Source of the DNA: Eledone cirrhosa | Lineage: Eukaryota | DNA: 64,000 bases | Direction: 5' to 3' | Assembly: GCA_964016885.1 (NCBI GenBank) | Contig: OZ024746.1 | Coordinates: 15,004,001-15,068,000, forward strand | In this document: in pieces, positions 1 through 13,410 of the stretch | Layout: the number at the start of each line of letters is the position of its first letter | Position numbering within the stretch: the stretch's first letter is position 1 | Notes under the pieces: model-generated | Told to the model about the DNA's origin: nothing | What the model saw: the letters and a program-made list of their open reading frames with translations, nothing else | The model's database searches: none | Program-made: the position numbers and the translations under genes

Positions 1-808
1 GCAGTTTCTGCCTATGTCTCACTACCATGCAGCATCGCGCATATTACACAGGCATCATATAACCGGCCATTCGTACGCAGGGAGAACCCCTTCTTTGTCA
101 GCAGGAGAAGCAGCTCCCTAAACTTTTTCCAACCCGTCCTTATTCTAGATACTATGGCCTCGGAACACCCCCTCCCATGCTAATCTGATCACCTAGGTAC
201 CGGAAGCTATCAACCACTTCTATAGAACTTAGCTGCATTTGAAAAATATGTCTATCAATGTGACTTCTACATAGTTTTCCCTACCTGTTAGTTTGCCTGC
301 TATCCCACTACATCTCTTGTGTACACAAGATCTGCATTGTGTACATTTTATAGAATTTATGCCATTTTATAGAATTTATGCCAGCATATTGAACATGGCC
401 ATTTCCCTGATGGAATCAGAGTTTTGTCCTCTTTTCTACTCATCAACACTTTTGTCTTAGCTAGGTTCACTCTCGGTCCTCTTAATTCCAACTGCTGTTT
501 CCATAGCCAGAATTTCTCTAGGTCCTCTACTGATTCTGCTATAAGAACCGGATCGTCAGCATAGAGAAGTTCCCATGGATAGCCATGGACTCCTCTATTA
601 TAGCTTGGAGGACTATAATGAACAAGAGCGGGCTGAGGACCGAACCCTGATGTACTCCTACTTGCATCTGGAATTCCTCACTAAACTCCATCCCTACCCT
701 CACTTTACTGACAGCACCTCATTAAAAAGCTTGCACTGTCCTCACAAGCCATTCTTCAACACTTAGTTTCCACCAGATAACAGATCGAGGTACCCTATTA
801 AAGGCCTA
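1..808 (-). mobile_element. Decayed RTE-clade LINE ORF2 fragment (older subfamily)
   Basis: Reverse strand encodes frameshifted GVHQGSVLSP, PWELLYADD, KWPCSIC..VHKRCSG, FRYLGD and MLHGSET, collinear with the 27562 ORF. Confidence 0.8.
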
Positions 809-860
809 TCAATTTTTTTCCATCGTCTTTTTCCTGTGCACTCCCCATTTTGAATATATC

Positions 861-903
<43 letters not shown>

Positions 904-1365
904 TCAAAATGGGGAGTGCACAGGAAAAAGACAATGGAAAAAAATTGCAACAGAAAGACAAACAGATAATCTCCTCAGTCAACCTCTGGAAATCACTATG
1001 GTTTCAGTTCATTATGACCTTATGACCTTATTCTAGTCATTCCAGTGCACATTGGGACACTATATCACTATATATATATATATATATTTATCCTTATCTT
1101 TATCGAGCCCTCTTTAGATTTTAGTCTTCACATTTATTATTATTACTATATATATATATATATATATATATAGCGAAGGAAAAGTGGTAAGGAACCAGGT
1201 GGACCATAACGCACCAAAGTACTCAATACTTAGGGTAGTAGAGTGGGTAATAGGAGTAAGTAAGACCCCGACGGCTGAGCTCAAGCCGTTTCGACGGCTA
1301 ATTCTGTACAGTACAGAATTAGCCGTCGAAACGGCTTGAGCTCAGCCGTCTGGGTCTTACTTACT

Positions 1366-1403
<38 letters not shown>

Positions 1404-1410
1404 TATATAT

Positions 1411-1752
1411 GGAGGCACATGGCTTAGTGGTTAGAGCATTGGCCTTGCAATCGAAAGGTTGTGAGTTCAATTCTGAGCCCGGGTGATGTGTTGTTTCCTT
1501 GAGCAAGACACTTTATTTCACATTGCTCCAGTTTACTCAGCTGTAGAAATGAGATGATAGGGACTGAGGTCCCTATCATTCCACTGCAAAGTGGTCGTGG
1601 AGGTGCCACGGCAAAAAAGCCCCCAGCACTCACTGTAAATGAGGTTGGTGTTAGGAAGGGCATCCAGCTGTAGAAATCAAGCCAGAATCAGTTCCCGTCC
1701 CACCCTTGCAAGCAGGGAAAAAGCGGACGTAAAATGAAATGATGATGATGAT
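1411..1752 (+). mobile_element. tRNA-derived SINE (family A) with RTE-like tail
   Basis: tRNA-like head (tggcttagtggttagagc..gagttcaattc), core ccttgagcaagacactttatttcacattgctccag, 3' end shared with RTE UTRs, (GAT)n tail. Confidence 0.8.
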
Positions 1753-1850
1753 ATATGTATATATAATATACATATGTATATTATATATATATATATATAT
1801 ATATAATATACATATGTATATTATATATATGTATAAATAAATATATATCA

Positions 1851-1924
1851 TCTGCTGATGATCGATTTCAACCGTGACCATCCCCACTGAAAGTTTCGTG
1901 AAATAGTCTTTAAGGCTATACAGA
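1851..1924 (+). ncRNA. Type I hammerhead ribozyme motif
   Basis: tctg-CTGATGA-[t cga..tcg t]-GAAA-tagtc tttaa ggcta-TA-caga. Stem I tctg/caga and a full stem III are present; the first stem II position is a T-T mismatch. Confidence 0.65.
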
Positions 1925-2599
1925 GCATTGTAGCTTTTCCAAATTGAAGGATGAGTATTTTAAACTTTATTTTATTCTGAGTTAAGGCTCTATTGATTTT
2001 TCCCTAGATTTCACCAAATTCTGTGGATGAATCTATATCCTGATTCTTTTTGAATTGAGTTTGAATTATTTTCCCACATCTTACGTTAACTATTTTTCCA
2101 TTTTGACGCTATAGTCACTTATATATTATGGAATACTGTTGGCTTCTTGCTACAATAATTTCTATACTTTTCATTTATATTTATACTCGGATTTCTTTCC
2201 TAGAGTGCTTAAAATTTATTTGTGACTAATCCCGGTCTTTTTTAAAAAAACTCCGCGATAATATTGCTTTTGCTGAACTCCTTATATTGTAGAGTTTTTT
2301 TCGGAATGTTTTTGACTGTTGTTTCATGTAAACAGACATTCGTCTCATTCTGACGTCACCAGCCCTGTCACTACATGTGCGTTTTTCATCATAATTACGC
2401 ATGATGTTGAACTAGCCTGCTTTTAAATTCCCCTTTTGGCATATTATAAACAGTTGGCCTTTGGTTATCTTGTGTTAGAACTGGTCTTTGTATGTGTGTA
2501 TGTGAGAGAGAATAAGTGGATGTGTAAGCGTGTGTGCGTGTGCGTGTGTGGGATGTGTGTAAATATGGGGCTAGAAGCTCTATCAAGTTATAAATTGGG

Positions 2600-2985
2600 T
2601 GTTGAGTTCTAGTCTATTATTGATTGGTGGTTGTGTTTTGTCTATAATTAGTGCTTCCTTAATTCTAAGATTGCCGAGGTTTCTTTCCTTAGTTTCTATC
2701 CTAACTGTTATGGTTTTGTCGGTGTTTTTGCATTTAACTAGGTGTTTCTTAAATGAGGAAGCGTTAGTATTGAGGTGTTCTTTTATTCTTTGTGGAGTGG
2801 TCTGGTGGTGCTACCTACGTAAAAGATGCTGCATTTGTCACACTCTAGTCTGTATACGACGTAAGCCTGGTGGCATAGGTCTGTGTCGTTGATGGGGCAG
2901 TTGGCTAGCCTGCAGCAGAAAAATGTGGTCCCTATCGCGTTCGGTGAGTTATTTCCCCTTGTTCTTCCGTAGTTGCTTTCAATAT
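2600..2985 (-). mobile_element. Penelope-like element GIY-YIG endonuclease fragment
   Basis: CRLANCPINDTDLCHQAYVVYRLECDKCSIFYVGSTTRPLH in ORF 2783..3106 (-). Confidence 0.75.
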
Positions 2986-3741
2986 TCATTGTCTTATTTA
3001 CAATTTCATACACATTTTTAAACTCATCAATTTTAACATACAGTACCGTTTTATGAAATCGATTCTGCAGTACCATTTTACGAAATGCCAAACCGAAAAC
3101 GGTCACAATTTTCCATCAAAAGAAATAAAACCCTTAAATTGCGTTCATTGTCTTATCTAAAATAACATATCAAAGACAACGTTATTTCGTTGTTATATAA
3201 ACTGTTGCCTTCTACAGTACGTTTCATTTTTCAATTACAGTTGCTCTATATTAAATTTAAATACTTCTATAACGATCATACAGTACCATTTTATGAAATC
3301 GATTCTGCAGTAGAATTTTACGAAATGCCAAACCGAAAAAGGTCACTGTTTTCTAACAAAAGAAATAAAACCCTTACATTGCGAACCCCCTGTTCTAATA
3401 CTGGGGTTAGTTATTTCCCCCTCTTCTAATAAACGTCTAATATATAGAGGCCCCTCTTGCTGACCAGGGCAATCAAAGTGTAAACTATCATACAAACCTT
3501 CATAATCTGCATTTTCAAACTTGCATATCATCGACATTGCTATTTCGCTGTTAATAAACAACGCTTTTCACGTCGCTCCACTTTTCATTGTACGCCGTCC
3601 ACCCCCAAGTGCATATTTCTATTTTTTTTTTCCTGATCCTGCTTCTTTATAATAAACTTTCAATAATATTTTTCAAATTATTAACTTAATAAAAAGTGGC
3701 CCCGGGTGCAACCAGGCTCAGCTGCTAGTATATATATATAA

Positions 3742-4206
3742 AAGAAGGAAAGGATAACGGAGGAAGATTATAAGAAGGAGGAGGGAGAGAGAAAGAGAGA
3801 GGAGAGAAAAGAGAGAGAGATAAACATTTAAACTGAGAGATAAACATTAAACTGTGTGAGACAGCGTTTCTCAGTTTAAATGTTTATCTCTCTCTTTCTC
3901 AATCCTTCCTCCTTCTTATAATCTTCCTCCATTATCCTTTCCTTCTTTTTTCTTTTTCCTTTCTCCATCTTCCTTACCCTTCTCCCCTTCCCTTCCTTTC
4001 CTATTTCCAATCTCCCATATCCTTTTAAATTTATTTATCATATGTTGTTTAGACACTACCTTGCTCACAAGTGTCTTTTTTAAGCTTCATATCATGCCTT
4101 CCTATTTTATCTGATGAGAACGCAAATATCGTCCTAGGGTGATATTTGTTTTTGAAATGCGCATAATAAAATACATGGAACTTTTTTAACCATCTTTTAA
4201 TTTCTT

Positions 4207-4210
<4 letters not shown>
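3742..4210 (+). mobile_element. Truncated Penelope-like terminal repeat insertion with short inverted 5' copy
   Basis: 3853-4210 is homologous to 9565-9965; 3742-3840 is an inverted copy of about 3865-3950; flanked by (TA)n; carries a hammerhead. Confidence 0.7.
4103..4173 (+). ncRNA. Hammerhead ribozyme motif, family 1
   Basis: tattttat-CTGATGA-[caaatatc..gatatttg stem II]-GAAA-tgcgca-TA-ataaaata. Confidence 0.75.
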
Positions 4211-4247
<37 letters not shown>

Positions 4248-4439
4248 ACACATTGGAAGAGGAAGACCGAGGTTAACATATGTTGATGTCCTAAGGACAG
4301 ACACTAGACTCTTGGAAACGCAGGACATGGCAGCGATAATGAGGGACAGAGACCGCTGGAGAGAACTCATCCATGGATCTCGGGAATTTTACCTGCTCTA
4401 GACATATATATGTATATTATATATATATGTATATGTTAG

Positions 4440-4619
4440 GGCGGTGGATTGGTAGAGGGTCGGACGCCATGCTTTCCAGCATAGTTACGTCCCTTTACGA
4501 TCTGAGTTCAAATCCCGCCGAGGTTGACTTTGCCTTTCATCCTTACGGGGTAGATAAAATAAAGTACCAGTAATGCACTGGGTAATTGCTGGCCTTGTGC
4601 CTAAAGTAGAAACAATTAT
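4440..4619 (+). mobile_element. SINE family B (representative copy)
   Basis: gagttcaaatcccgccgaggttgactttgcctttcatccttacggggt..aaagtaccag. Other copies at about 10842-11010, 13045-13150, 18505-18610, 24765-24935, 25310-25460, 29750-29955, 36320-36470(-), 39030-39207, 47750-47858, 50840-51045, 51065-51248, 52040-52210, 58030-58210(-), 58512-58645(-). Confidence 0.8.
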
Positions 4620-4659
4620 ATATATATGTATATTATATATATGTATATTATATGTATAG

Positions 4660-6056
4660 TATCATCATCATCATCATCATCATCAACGTTTAACGTCCGT
4701 GTTCCACGCTTGCATGGGTTTGGACGGGGGTATTCCCACTTGAGGCAAGAGTGATTGTCTTGCTCGCATAGGACTGTCTGGCAGGTTTTCTACAGTTGGA
4801 TGCCCTTCCTAACACCAACCACATTTACCGTGTGGGGCTGGGAGGTTTTTACCGTGTTGCCTACACGGCCACATTACAGCGTGGACTGTGTGTTTTTTTG
4901 TCGTGACACCTACACGATCTCATTTGTTTCGGCCTGGATGGCGTGGCACCAACATAACTTTACATAGAAGGGGGTGGTGTGGATGGGGTGGGGGTGGTGG
5001 GACGGGGTGTATTTTGTTAGAGATGCCTACTGGCTGTAGTAGGTTTTACTATGTATTTAGGTAAGGCGGGTCTTCTCTGTTACTGAGTACCGCCAAAGGT
5101 CTTGGTCCAGTGACATTGTCTTGGAGAGGTGTAAGTGTGTGAGGTCGGAGTTTATCAGCTCGTCCCAGGTTTTTCTAGGTCTGCCTATTCCGTGGCTACC
5201 GTCTATCTTTATTGCCCTGCACTTTGTTATACAGCTATCGACTTTCATGCGCATCACGTGTCCATACCAACGTAGCCTTCTCTCGAGTAAACAGCATCTG
5301 ATCCCTCTTATTTCTAATTTTTTCCTTAGTTCGTTTATGCTTTGCCGTTCACGTATATTACTGTTACACATCCAGCGGAGCATGCAAGCTTCGTTCCTCT
5401 CTAGTCTGCGTATATCCTCTGCACACAATGCCCAGGTCTCACTGCCATGCAACATTGCTGTTCGTATGCAGGCATCATACAACCTGCCTTTCATTTTTAG
5501 GGAGAACCCTTTAGCAGCTAATAGTGGTATAAGCTCTCTGAACTTTTTCCAACCAGTTCTGACTCTAGCTACTGTACTTTCAGAGCACCCTCCCTCACTG
5601 CTGATTTTGTCGCCCAGGTAACGGAAGCTGTCCACTATTTCTATAGAACCCTCTGCGCAATTAAAAGAGCTAGTATTTTGTGGGCCCTTGCTGCTACTTA
5701 TTGCACCAGAGCACCGGCCACATGTAAAATCTATGTTCTTAGTTAGCTTACCTGTGATCCCACTACATCTTTTATGCACCCATACTTTGCATTTGGGACA
5801 TAAAATGGAGTTTCTACCTACGCCTTTCCTACACACTGAGCATGGCCATTTCCCAGAAGGGACCGCCGCCTTATTTTCTTTCCTACAAACTAGAACTTTA
5901 GTCTTAGCCAGGTTAATTTTAAGTCCTTTTGATTCTAGGCCGTGCTTCCATGTTTGGAATTTCTTCTCTAGCTCGGCCATTGATTCAGCTATGAGTGTCA
6001 GGTCGTCTGCGTATAGGAGTTCCCATGGGCAGCCGGTCTTGAACTCCTCTGTTATA
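4660..6056 (-). mobile_element. 5'-truncated RTE-clade LINE (RT C-half, 3' UTR, (GAT)n tail)
   Basis: ORF 5057..5980 is nearly identical to the C-half of ORF 27562..28896; PWELLYADD at the truncation end. Confidence 0.92.
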
Positions 6057-6557
6057 GTATATTATATGTATATTATATGTATAGTATATTATATATATAT
6101 GTATAGTATATTATATATATATGTATAGTATATTATATGTATAGTATATTATATATATATATATGTATATTATATGTATACTATATATATGTAAATATAT
6201 ATATAGTCTACATATAACTGATTGCCCTTCTTAACACCAACTATGTATTTGTAATAGAAACACATATTCATATTACATAAATATGTAAATGTCTGTGTAA
6301 TTACAGTAGTGCCCTATATATATATGTATATGTGTATATATATATATGTGTGTGTGTGTTTGTCTAACTACAGTGCTGTCCCAGATACGTGTTTGTGCAT
6401 ATATGTATGTATGTACGCGTATATGTGTGTGTGTTTGTCTAACTACAGTGCTGTCCCAGATACGTATTTGTGTATATATATATATATATATGTATTTGTG
6501 TGTGTGTTTATAAATGTCTGTTTCGTTTAATTCATTTCCAGTTTATGTGTATGTATG

Positions 6558-6606
<49 letters not shown>

Positions 6607-6887
6607 TTATTTATTTATTTATTTATTTATTAAAATAACAGATTAAAGTTTAAGCAAAGAATCGCTGCTTTCACCCTTAACGGGATCTTCTGAAACTCAG
6701 ATCCCGTTAAGGGTAAAAGCAGCGATTCTTTGCTTAAACTTTAATCTGTTATTTGCTCTACGGTTCTTATATATTTGATATATATTTATCCTTATCGAGC
6801 CCTCTTTGGATTTTAGTCTTCAAATTTATTATTACTATGGCGGTGCCCCAGCATGGCCTCAGCCGGATGGCTGAAACAGGTAAAAGA

Positions 6888-6950
<63 letters not shown>

Positions 6951-6998
6951 TGTATGTATGAATGTGTATGTATATATGAATGTGTATGTATATGAGTT

Positions 6999-7090
<92 letters not shown>

Positions 7091-7212
7091 AGGAGGTGAG
7101 TTTTATTGTAGCACAATGAAGCAATGCAAATATGGGATAAGTAGCACTCAACACTTTATAGGATTGGGGTATAAATAATATAAAATCAAAAGATGGTTAA
7201 AAAAGTTCCATG

Positions 7213-7283
7213 TATTTTATTATGCGCATTTCAAAAACAAATATCATCATGGGATGATATTTGCGTTCTCATCAGATAAAATA
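7213..7283 (-). ncRNA. Hammerhead ribozyme motif, family 1 (inverted pseudo-LTR)
   Basis: Near-identical reverse-complement copy of the 9862-9932 motif, with intact CTGATGA and GAAA. Confidence 0.72.
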
Positions 7284-9861
7284 GGGAGACATGATATGAA
7301 GCTTAAAAAACACTTGCGAGCAGTGAAGTGTTAAATCAACATATGAAAAATAAAGGATATCAAATTGCTCTATTTCTAACTTAAATTTATGGATTGGTAC
7401 ATCTGATGTAATTAACTGGTTCAATGACCTGAATAATAATAACAAACAAAAATTTATTCAGTTTGACATTGCCAGTTACTATTCTTCTATTTCGCCTTCA
7501 CTCCTTAACAACGCTCTCTCTTTTGCATTTAAATATTCTGACATTACCACAGATGAACTTTACATCATTCTCACCGCAAGAAAAACTATCCTGGAATTCA
7601 ACAACGAATATTGGACTAGAGCTGATACTTCCAACAATTTTGATATCACAATGGGTTCGTCGGATTCAGCGCAATTGACGGACTTGATTGGAATCTTTAT
7701 TTTGAATTCTTTAAATCGGAAAATTCCTCAACTTCGCGGTGGAATTTATCGTGACGATGCCCTTTTTACTGTCTTAAACTGTAACCTTAATATTATTAAG
7801 ACTTGATCTATTTAAGCACCATAACCTAAAATTTGAATTTGAAAACAACGTCAAACTAGCTAACTTCTTGGATATATCCCTTAATCTTGACACCAGCCTA
7901 TATTACCCTTACCATAAAGACAATGAGAATCTAAATTGTTAATTTTAAATCTAACCACCCTTTTAACGTTAAAAATGCTATAGTCAGTAATGTTGAAAAA
8001 AGAATCTCAAATCTATCTTCTAATAAAGTTATCTTTGACGCTAAAGCCAATTATTACAATAATGCGCTTTCCAGAGCCGGTTATCCTGACAAAATTAAAT
8101 ACAGTAAAGAAACCAACCATCGAGGGACTTATAGTAATATAGTTAGTTATAAGCATTCCAATAACATAAAGAAAAGACCTAGATATAAAAATATGATTTG
8201 GTACAACGCTCCTCTTTCTCTATCTATTATTAGTAATATTCCTAAACTATTTTTTAGAGGGCTTTAGATAAATGCTTCCCTCCCTCGCATATTTATAGTA
8301 AGATCTTTAATAAACATACAATTAAATTCTCTTATTCCACCACTTCCAACATCTCTAACATTATCTCTAAACATAATAATAAAATATTAAGTAATAAATT
8401 ATATCCATCCAACACTGCGCGTCATAATAATAGCAATAGTAAACCCGACGTCAATGTTAACTCTAGGCTAGATTCTATAAATTTAAATACGACGTCAAAC
8501 GTAACTTTGTCGAATGTTCATAATACCAATCTAAATCAAGAAACTTTAGCACCTATCGTAAATAACTTCTCCATTTCAATTCCTTCTATTAATAATACTG
8601 GGTCACTTGTTAATAACTCTGGTAATTTCTCTAATCGTAATTGCAATTGCCCTGTTAGAACTAAATGTCCTCTTAGTAACCAATGTCTTGATAGAAATTT
8701 AGTGTATGAATGTAAGGTTATAACTGGTACTAATTCTTTTACCTATTTTGGTTCCACTTCCACTTCCTTTAAAGCAAGATTTTATAATCACAATTCTTCT
8801 TTTAAATACCAACTTAAAAGAACTAACACGGCACTCTCAGAACTCATATGGTCCTTAAAGGACAAAAATATTAACTACAACATTTCTTGGAGGAAGGTTT
8901 GCAACGCCTCTCCTTACCTTAATTCTTCCCTATCCAGAACATGTAATATCTGCCTAGCGGAGAAATTTACCATTATCTCTAATTTTAATTCTATAATAAG
9001 ACGTACGGATTTATTTTCGCTCTGCTTGCATAAATCCCATAGAACTTTCCATAAAGTATATAGCTAATATCTTACTACCTAATTAGTTTAAAATCTTCTT
9101 TTCTCAAACGCTTTTATATTTTTTACAAATATACCCATCCTTCTACCTTATTTTAGTATATTATACAATATTACTCATACTATGTCATTCCTTTTTTTTT
9201 TTCTTCCTTGAATTTCTTCTTTTTTCTCTCCTTCCGTGCTCGTATTAAACCTATTATTTACTTTTTCCTATTACAATACATAGAAACAAACTTGGACTCT
9301 AATTAATTCCTCTATGTTCATAATTCATTTAACCTTATCTTCATTCACCTTACCTTCTTAATATATTTTATTTTAATAATACATTTTAATAAATTCTTTT
9401 TCGCACATATTATTAAACCCTTCAATATATAAACCTTAAATAAATAGTATTCTTAATTCCTTTTTCTTTAATCATAAGCATCACCATTCATAAACCTCAT
9501 TAACTTTTAATTTCTAAATTTTTTAAAATTATGTATTATCTTACAACGGTTTTTTTAAATTTCTCTCTGTGAGACAGTGTTTCTCAGTATTAAAGGTTAT
9601 CTCTCTCTCTCTCTCTCTCACTCATTTTTTCCTCCTCTCTCACCCTTCATTCTTATACTCCTCCTCCGTCATTATTATATATTTTTTTCTTATTATATTC
9701 TTGCTTCCTCTTCCTTACCTTTTCCTTTCCCTCTCCCTTTCCCTATTTTTTTCCCAATCTCATATATCCATCTTTTTTTTATTTTTATTTTTTATTTTTC
9801 ATATGTTGATTTAACACTTCACTGCTCGCAAGTGTTTTTTAAGCTTCATATCATGTCTCCC

Positions 9862-9932
9862 TATTTTATCTGATGAGAACGCAAATATCATCCCATGACG
9901 ATATTTGTTTTTGAAATGCGCATAATAAAATA
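9862..9932 (+). ncRNA. Hammerhead ribozyme motif, family 1 (3' pseudo-LTR)
   Basis: tattttat-CTGATGA-stem II-GAAA-tgcgca-TA-ataaaata. Confidence 0.75.
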
Positions 9933-10411
9933 CATGAAACTCTTTTAACCCTCTTTTGATTTTATATTATATATATATATATATATGTATGTCTCTGCAT
10001 GTATGAATGTGTATGTATGTATATGAATGTGTATGTTTATATATATATATATATATATCTATATATATATATAAATTTAGCGAGAATCGCATTTCGGCGG
10101 GTAGAAATTAGCGAAATGCAACTTCCTTATTGTGCAAACAAGCGCTCCATGGATATGAAGAAGATACCAGAGCTATACACATAAGTTAAAATGGTCATAC
10201 ACGCTGAGACGATGGTTAAGAAGCCATTAACAACCTTAGCCAAAAAAGCGACCAAGCTAAACGGGTCAAACAAAATGAGATATGATTGAAATATATATAT
10301 ATATATATATATATGCCTGTGTGTATGTCTCTGTATGTATGTATGTATGAACGTGTATGTATATAAGTTTGTGTGTATATACATATGCCTGTATGTATGT
10401 ATATGAGTTTG

Positions 10412-10446
<35 letters not shown>

Positions 10447-10512
10447 GTATATATATATATATTATATATATACGATGTTAACAAATGGAAACTATATTTA
10501 TAAAACCATATC

Positions 10513-10575
10513 TATTTTATTATACATATTTCAAGGATACCATGTTAAATTATGGTATGCTTTCATCAGACAAAA
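10513..10575 (-). ncRNA. Hammerhead ribozyme motif, family 2
   Basis: Inverted twin of 10633-10697. Confidence 0.68.
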
Positions 10576-10632
10576 AACGGTTGCATTTTGAAAGGGTATG
10601 TCAATATTTATTTATAAAACTGGTATATATTG

Positions 10633-10697
10633 TATTTTGTCTGATGAAAGCATACCATAATTTAACATGGTATCCTTGAAATATGTATAATAAAATA
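10633..10697 (+). ncRNA. Hammerhead ribozyme motif, family 2
   Basis: tattttgt-CTGATGA-aagcatacca..tggtatcctt-GAAA-tatgta-TA-ataaaata. Confidence 0.72.
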
Positions 10698-11101
10698 GAT
10701 ATGGTTTTATAAATATAGTTTCCATTTGTTAATATCGTATATCTACTCCAAATACTTGTCGAGTGCTTTATATCACTTATAAAAATATTTGCTTGTTGTA
10801 TCCCAACAATTTAAATAGAACTTTTGCATATATATATAATCGGTAGAGGGTCGGACGCCATGCTTTCCAGCATAGTTACGTCCCTTTACGATCTGAGTTC
10901 AAATCCCGCCGAGGTTGACTTTGCCTTTCATCCTTACGGGGTCGATAAAATAAAGTACCAGTAATGCACTGGGTAATTGCTGGCCTTGTGCCTAAAATAG
11001 AAACAATTATATATATATATATATTTCCAGGAAGCTCCAACCGTTAAGGTTGTATTTTTTCAGGGTATGTCAATATTTATTTATAAAACTAATCTGTATT
11101 G

Positions 11102-11167
11102 TATTTTATCTGATGAAAGCGCACCATAATCTGCCTTGGTGGCCCTTGGAATATGTATAATGAAATA
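11102..11167 (+). ncRNA. Hammerhead motif, family 2, core mutated (GGAA for GAAA)
   Basis: Homologous to 10633-10697 but with a substitution in the catalytic core. Confidence 0.5.
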
Positions 11168-11729
11168 AATATGGTTTTATAAATATAGTTCCATTTGTTA
11201 ATATATCGTATATATATATATATATACATATATACATATATAAAAGTCTCCTGGAAAATATATTTCCTCCAGTGTTTGACAATCCTATTTTCCAGATAAA
11301 CAATACTATTTCGTCACTTGTAATTGACCTGCTAACTAATGAACTCCTCTCTCCCGACTGCGTCTGTGTTTGTGCATGTGTGTTTATGTGTGTGTTTGTG
11401 TCTGTCTCTATGTGTTTGTATGTGTGTTTGTGTGTGTTAGTGGGTGTATGTGCGTGTGTGTGTGTTGGTAGTTAGTGTAAAATAGATGTGACCTAAACAT
11501 AAAATAAAGCATTTCTCTCTCTCTCTCTCTCTGCCCCCTCCCCCCATACTTTTCTTTTTCTCATAGCTTTCTCTCTCACTCTCTCAAACACATCGCTTCC
11601 GGTTGTGGTGGTGGTGGTGGTGATTGTGGTGACGGTGGTTGTAGTGGTGATGATACTAGTGGTGTTGGGGATAAGTCTGTCTTGATTGTTTTTTTTGTTG
11701 GTTGTTAAATGAAATTTATTTCTGACATT

Positions 11730-12412
11730 GCCATATTTCTAATAAGACACTGCCTATGTCTTTAACCCTTCCATTACCATATTTCTAATAAAAGACACTG
11801 CCTATGTCTTTAACCCTTCCATTACCATATTTCTAATAAAAGACACTGCCTATGTCTTTAACCCTTCCATTACCATATTTCTAATAAAAGACACTGCCTA
11901 TGTCTTTAACCCGTCCATTACTATATTTCTAATAAAAGACACTGCCTATGTCTTTAACCCGTCCATTACTATATTTCTAATAAAAGACACTGCCTATGTC
12001 TTTAACCCGTCCATTACTATATTTCTAATAAAAGACACTGCCTATGTCTTTAACCCTTCCATTACCATATTTCTAATAAAAGACACTGCCTAAGTCTTTA
12101 ACCCTTCCATTACTATATTTCTAATAAAAGACACTGCCGATGTCTTTAACCCTTCCATTACCATATTTCTAATAAAAGACACTGCCTAAGTCTTTAACCC
12201 TTCCATTACCATATTTCTAATAAAAGACACTGCCTATGTCTTTAACCCTTCCATTACTATATTTCTAATAAAAGACACTGCCTATGTCTTTAACCCTTCC
12301 ATTACTATATTTCTAATAAAAGACACTGCCTATGTCTTTAACCCTTCCATTACCATATTTCTAATAAAAGACACTGCCTATGTCTTTAACCCTTCCATTA
12401 CTAAATTTCTAA
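11730..12412 (+). repeat. 48-bp minisatellite (about 14 units)
   Basis: Unit tttaacccttccattaccatatttctaataaaagacactgcctatgtc. Confidence 0.95.
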
Positions 12413-13295
12413 TGAATTTCAAATCCTTATGAAAATAATCAAGAATATGTATATGTATTTAGTAAAATAATTAAATTTCTCAATATTAAGTTGGTGTTTG
12501 TAGCATAACAAAGTTTCTTCTCGCATAAGACTATGATGGACATATAAACACTTAAAAATAAACAATTTAGTATTGTAGAATGAAGGAGGGGTCAAGTAGA
12601 TTGATATCAAAAGGGTTAACTAGCTTTATCTCTTCTAAATCACTCTTCGTCCTCCTCACTCCCCCCTTACTTGCTCAAGAACTTTTTTAATCCTTTTCAT
12701 AGCAACCACTTGAAACCAGCTCTGATTTTAAGCTAGAAAATTGCTTGTTTTAAATTGTTTCTAGTTATCTAAACACCTGCCATCATTATATTATGTAAGA
12801 ACTTTTGTTAACCTTTTAGAATCCAAATACAGGGAGCAGAACATGTTGCTATTTTAGCAACTACATATCTGTTCCCTTGTCTATAACTGGTATTGCAATA
12901 ACAATATAACCTTATTACATAAGATGCTGCCTGGTGATGTCGCGTTGGTGTTTGCGTGATCAGAGCATCACATAATCATAGAAATATGTATAATGGCTGA
13001 TTATGAATGAAGGAATTATGAATATCTACATCTGACCTTCACAATTGCCGAGGTTAACTTTGCGTTTCATCCTTACGGGGTCGATAAAATAAAGTACCAG
13101 TAATGTACTGGGTAATTGCTGGCCTTGTGCCAAAAGTAGAAACAATTATATATACCCCACTCTCAAGTGTGAACCTAATACCAACATTGTTTGTAGCACT
13201 CCTTATTATTATTTTGGTTTTTCACTTTTCCAATATATATATATATATATATATAATATATTAACAAATGGAAACTATATTTATAAAACCATATT

Positions 13296-13410
13296 TATTT
13301 CATTATACATATTTCAAGGACACTTTCATCAGATAAAATATATTATATTTTATCTGATGAAAGCGCACCATAATTTGCTTTGGTGTCCTTGAAATATGTA
13401 TAATGAAATA
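13296..13410. ncRNA. Divergent pair of family 2 hammerhead motifs (13296-13340 minus, 13346-13410 plus)
   Basis: Both have CTGATGA..GAAA tatgta TA; the minus copy has stem II reduced to aag-tgtc-ctt. Confidence 0.68.

Larger units (their letters stand above)
7175..9968 (+). mobile_element. 5'-truncated, disrupted Penelope-like retroelement (RT + C-terminal GIY-YIG) with inverted 5' and direct 3' pseudo-LTR
   Basis: RT motifs FDIASYYSSI, FDITMGSSDSAQLTDLIG, GGIYRDD (YRDD at 7747-7758). Endonuclease CNCPVRTKCPLSNQCLDRNLVYECKV..YFGSTSTSFKARFYNH (8507..9067). 7175-7352 is the reverse complement of about 9790-9968. Confidence 0.88.

Noticed and set aside
1411-1490. tRNA gene (also 32409-32480)
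   Set aside because: A/B-box-like head continues into a repeated SINE body; no complete cloverleaf.
6753-7154. Many short YI/CV/HT-rich ORFs here and throughout the window
   Set aside because: Translations of (TA)n, (TG)n and (CA)n microsatellites.
11590-11680. Candidate promoter or first non-coding exon (cttccgg ETS-like motif)
   Set aside because: A single short motif with no clear splice donor; cannot be supported without transcript data.
11730-12412. CRISPR-like regular array (also 42102-46365 and 61143-62922)
   Set aside because: The units are head-to-tail with no unique spacers, the context is eukaryotic, and there are no cas genes.
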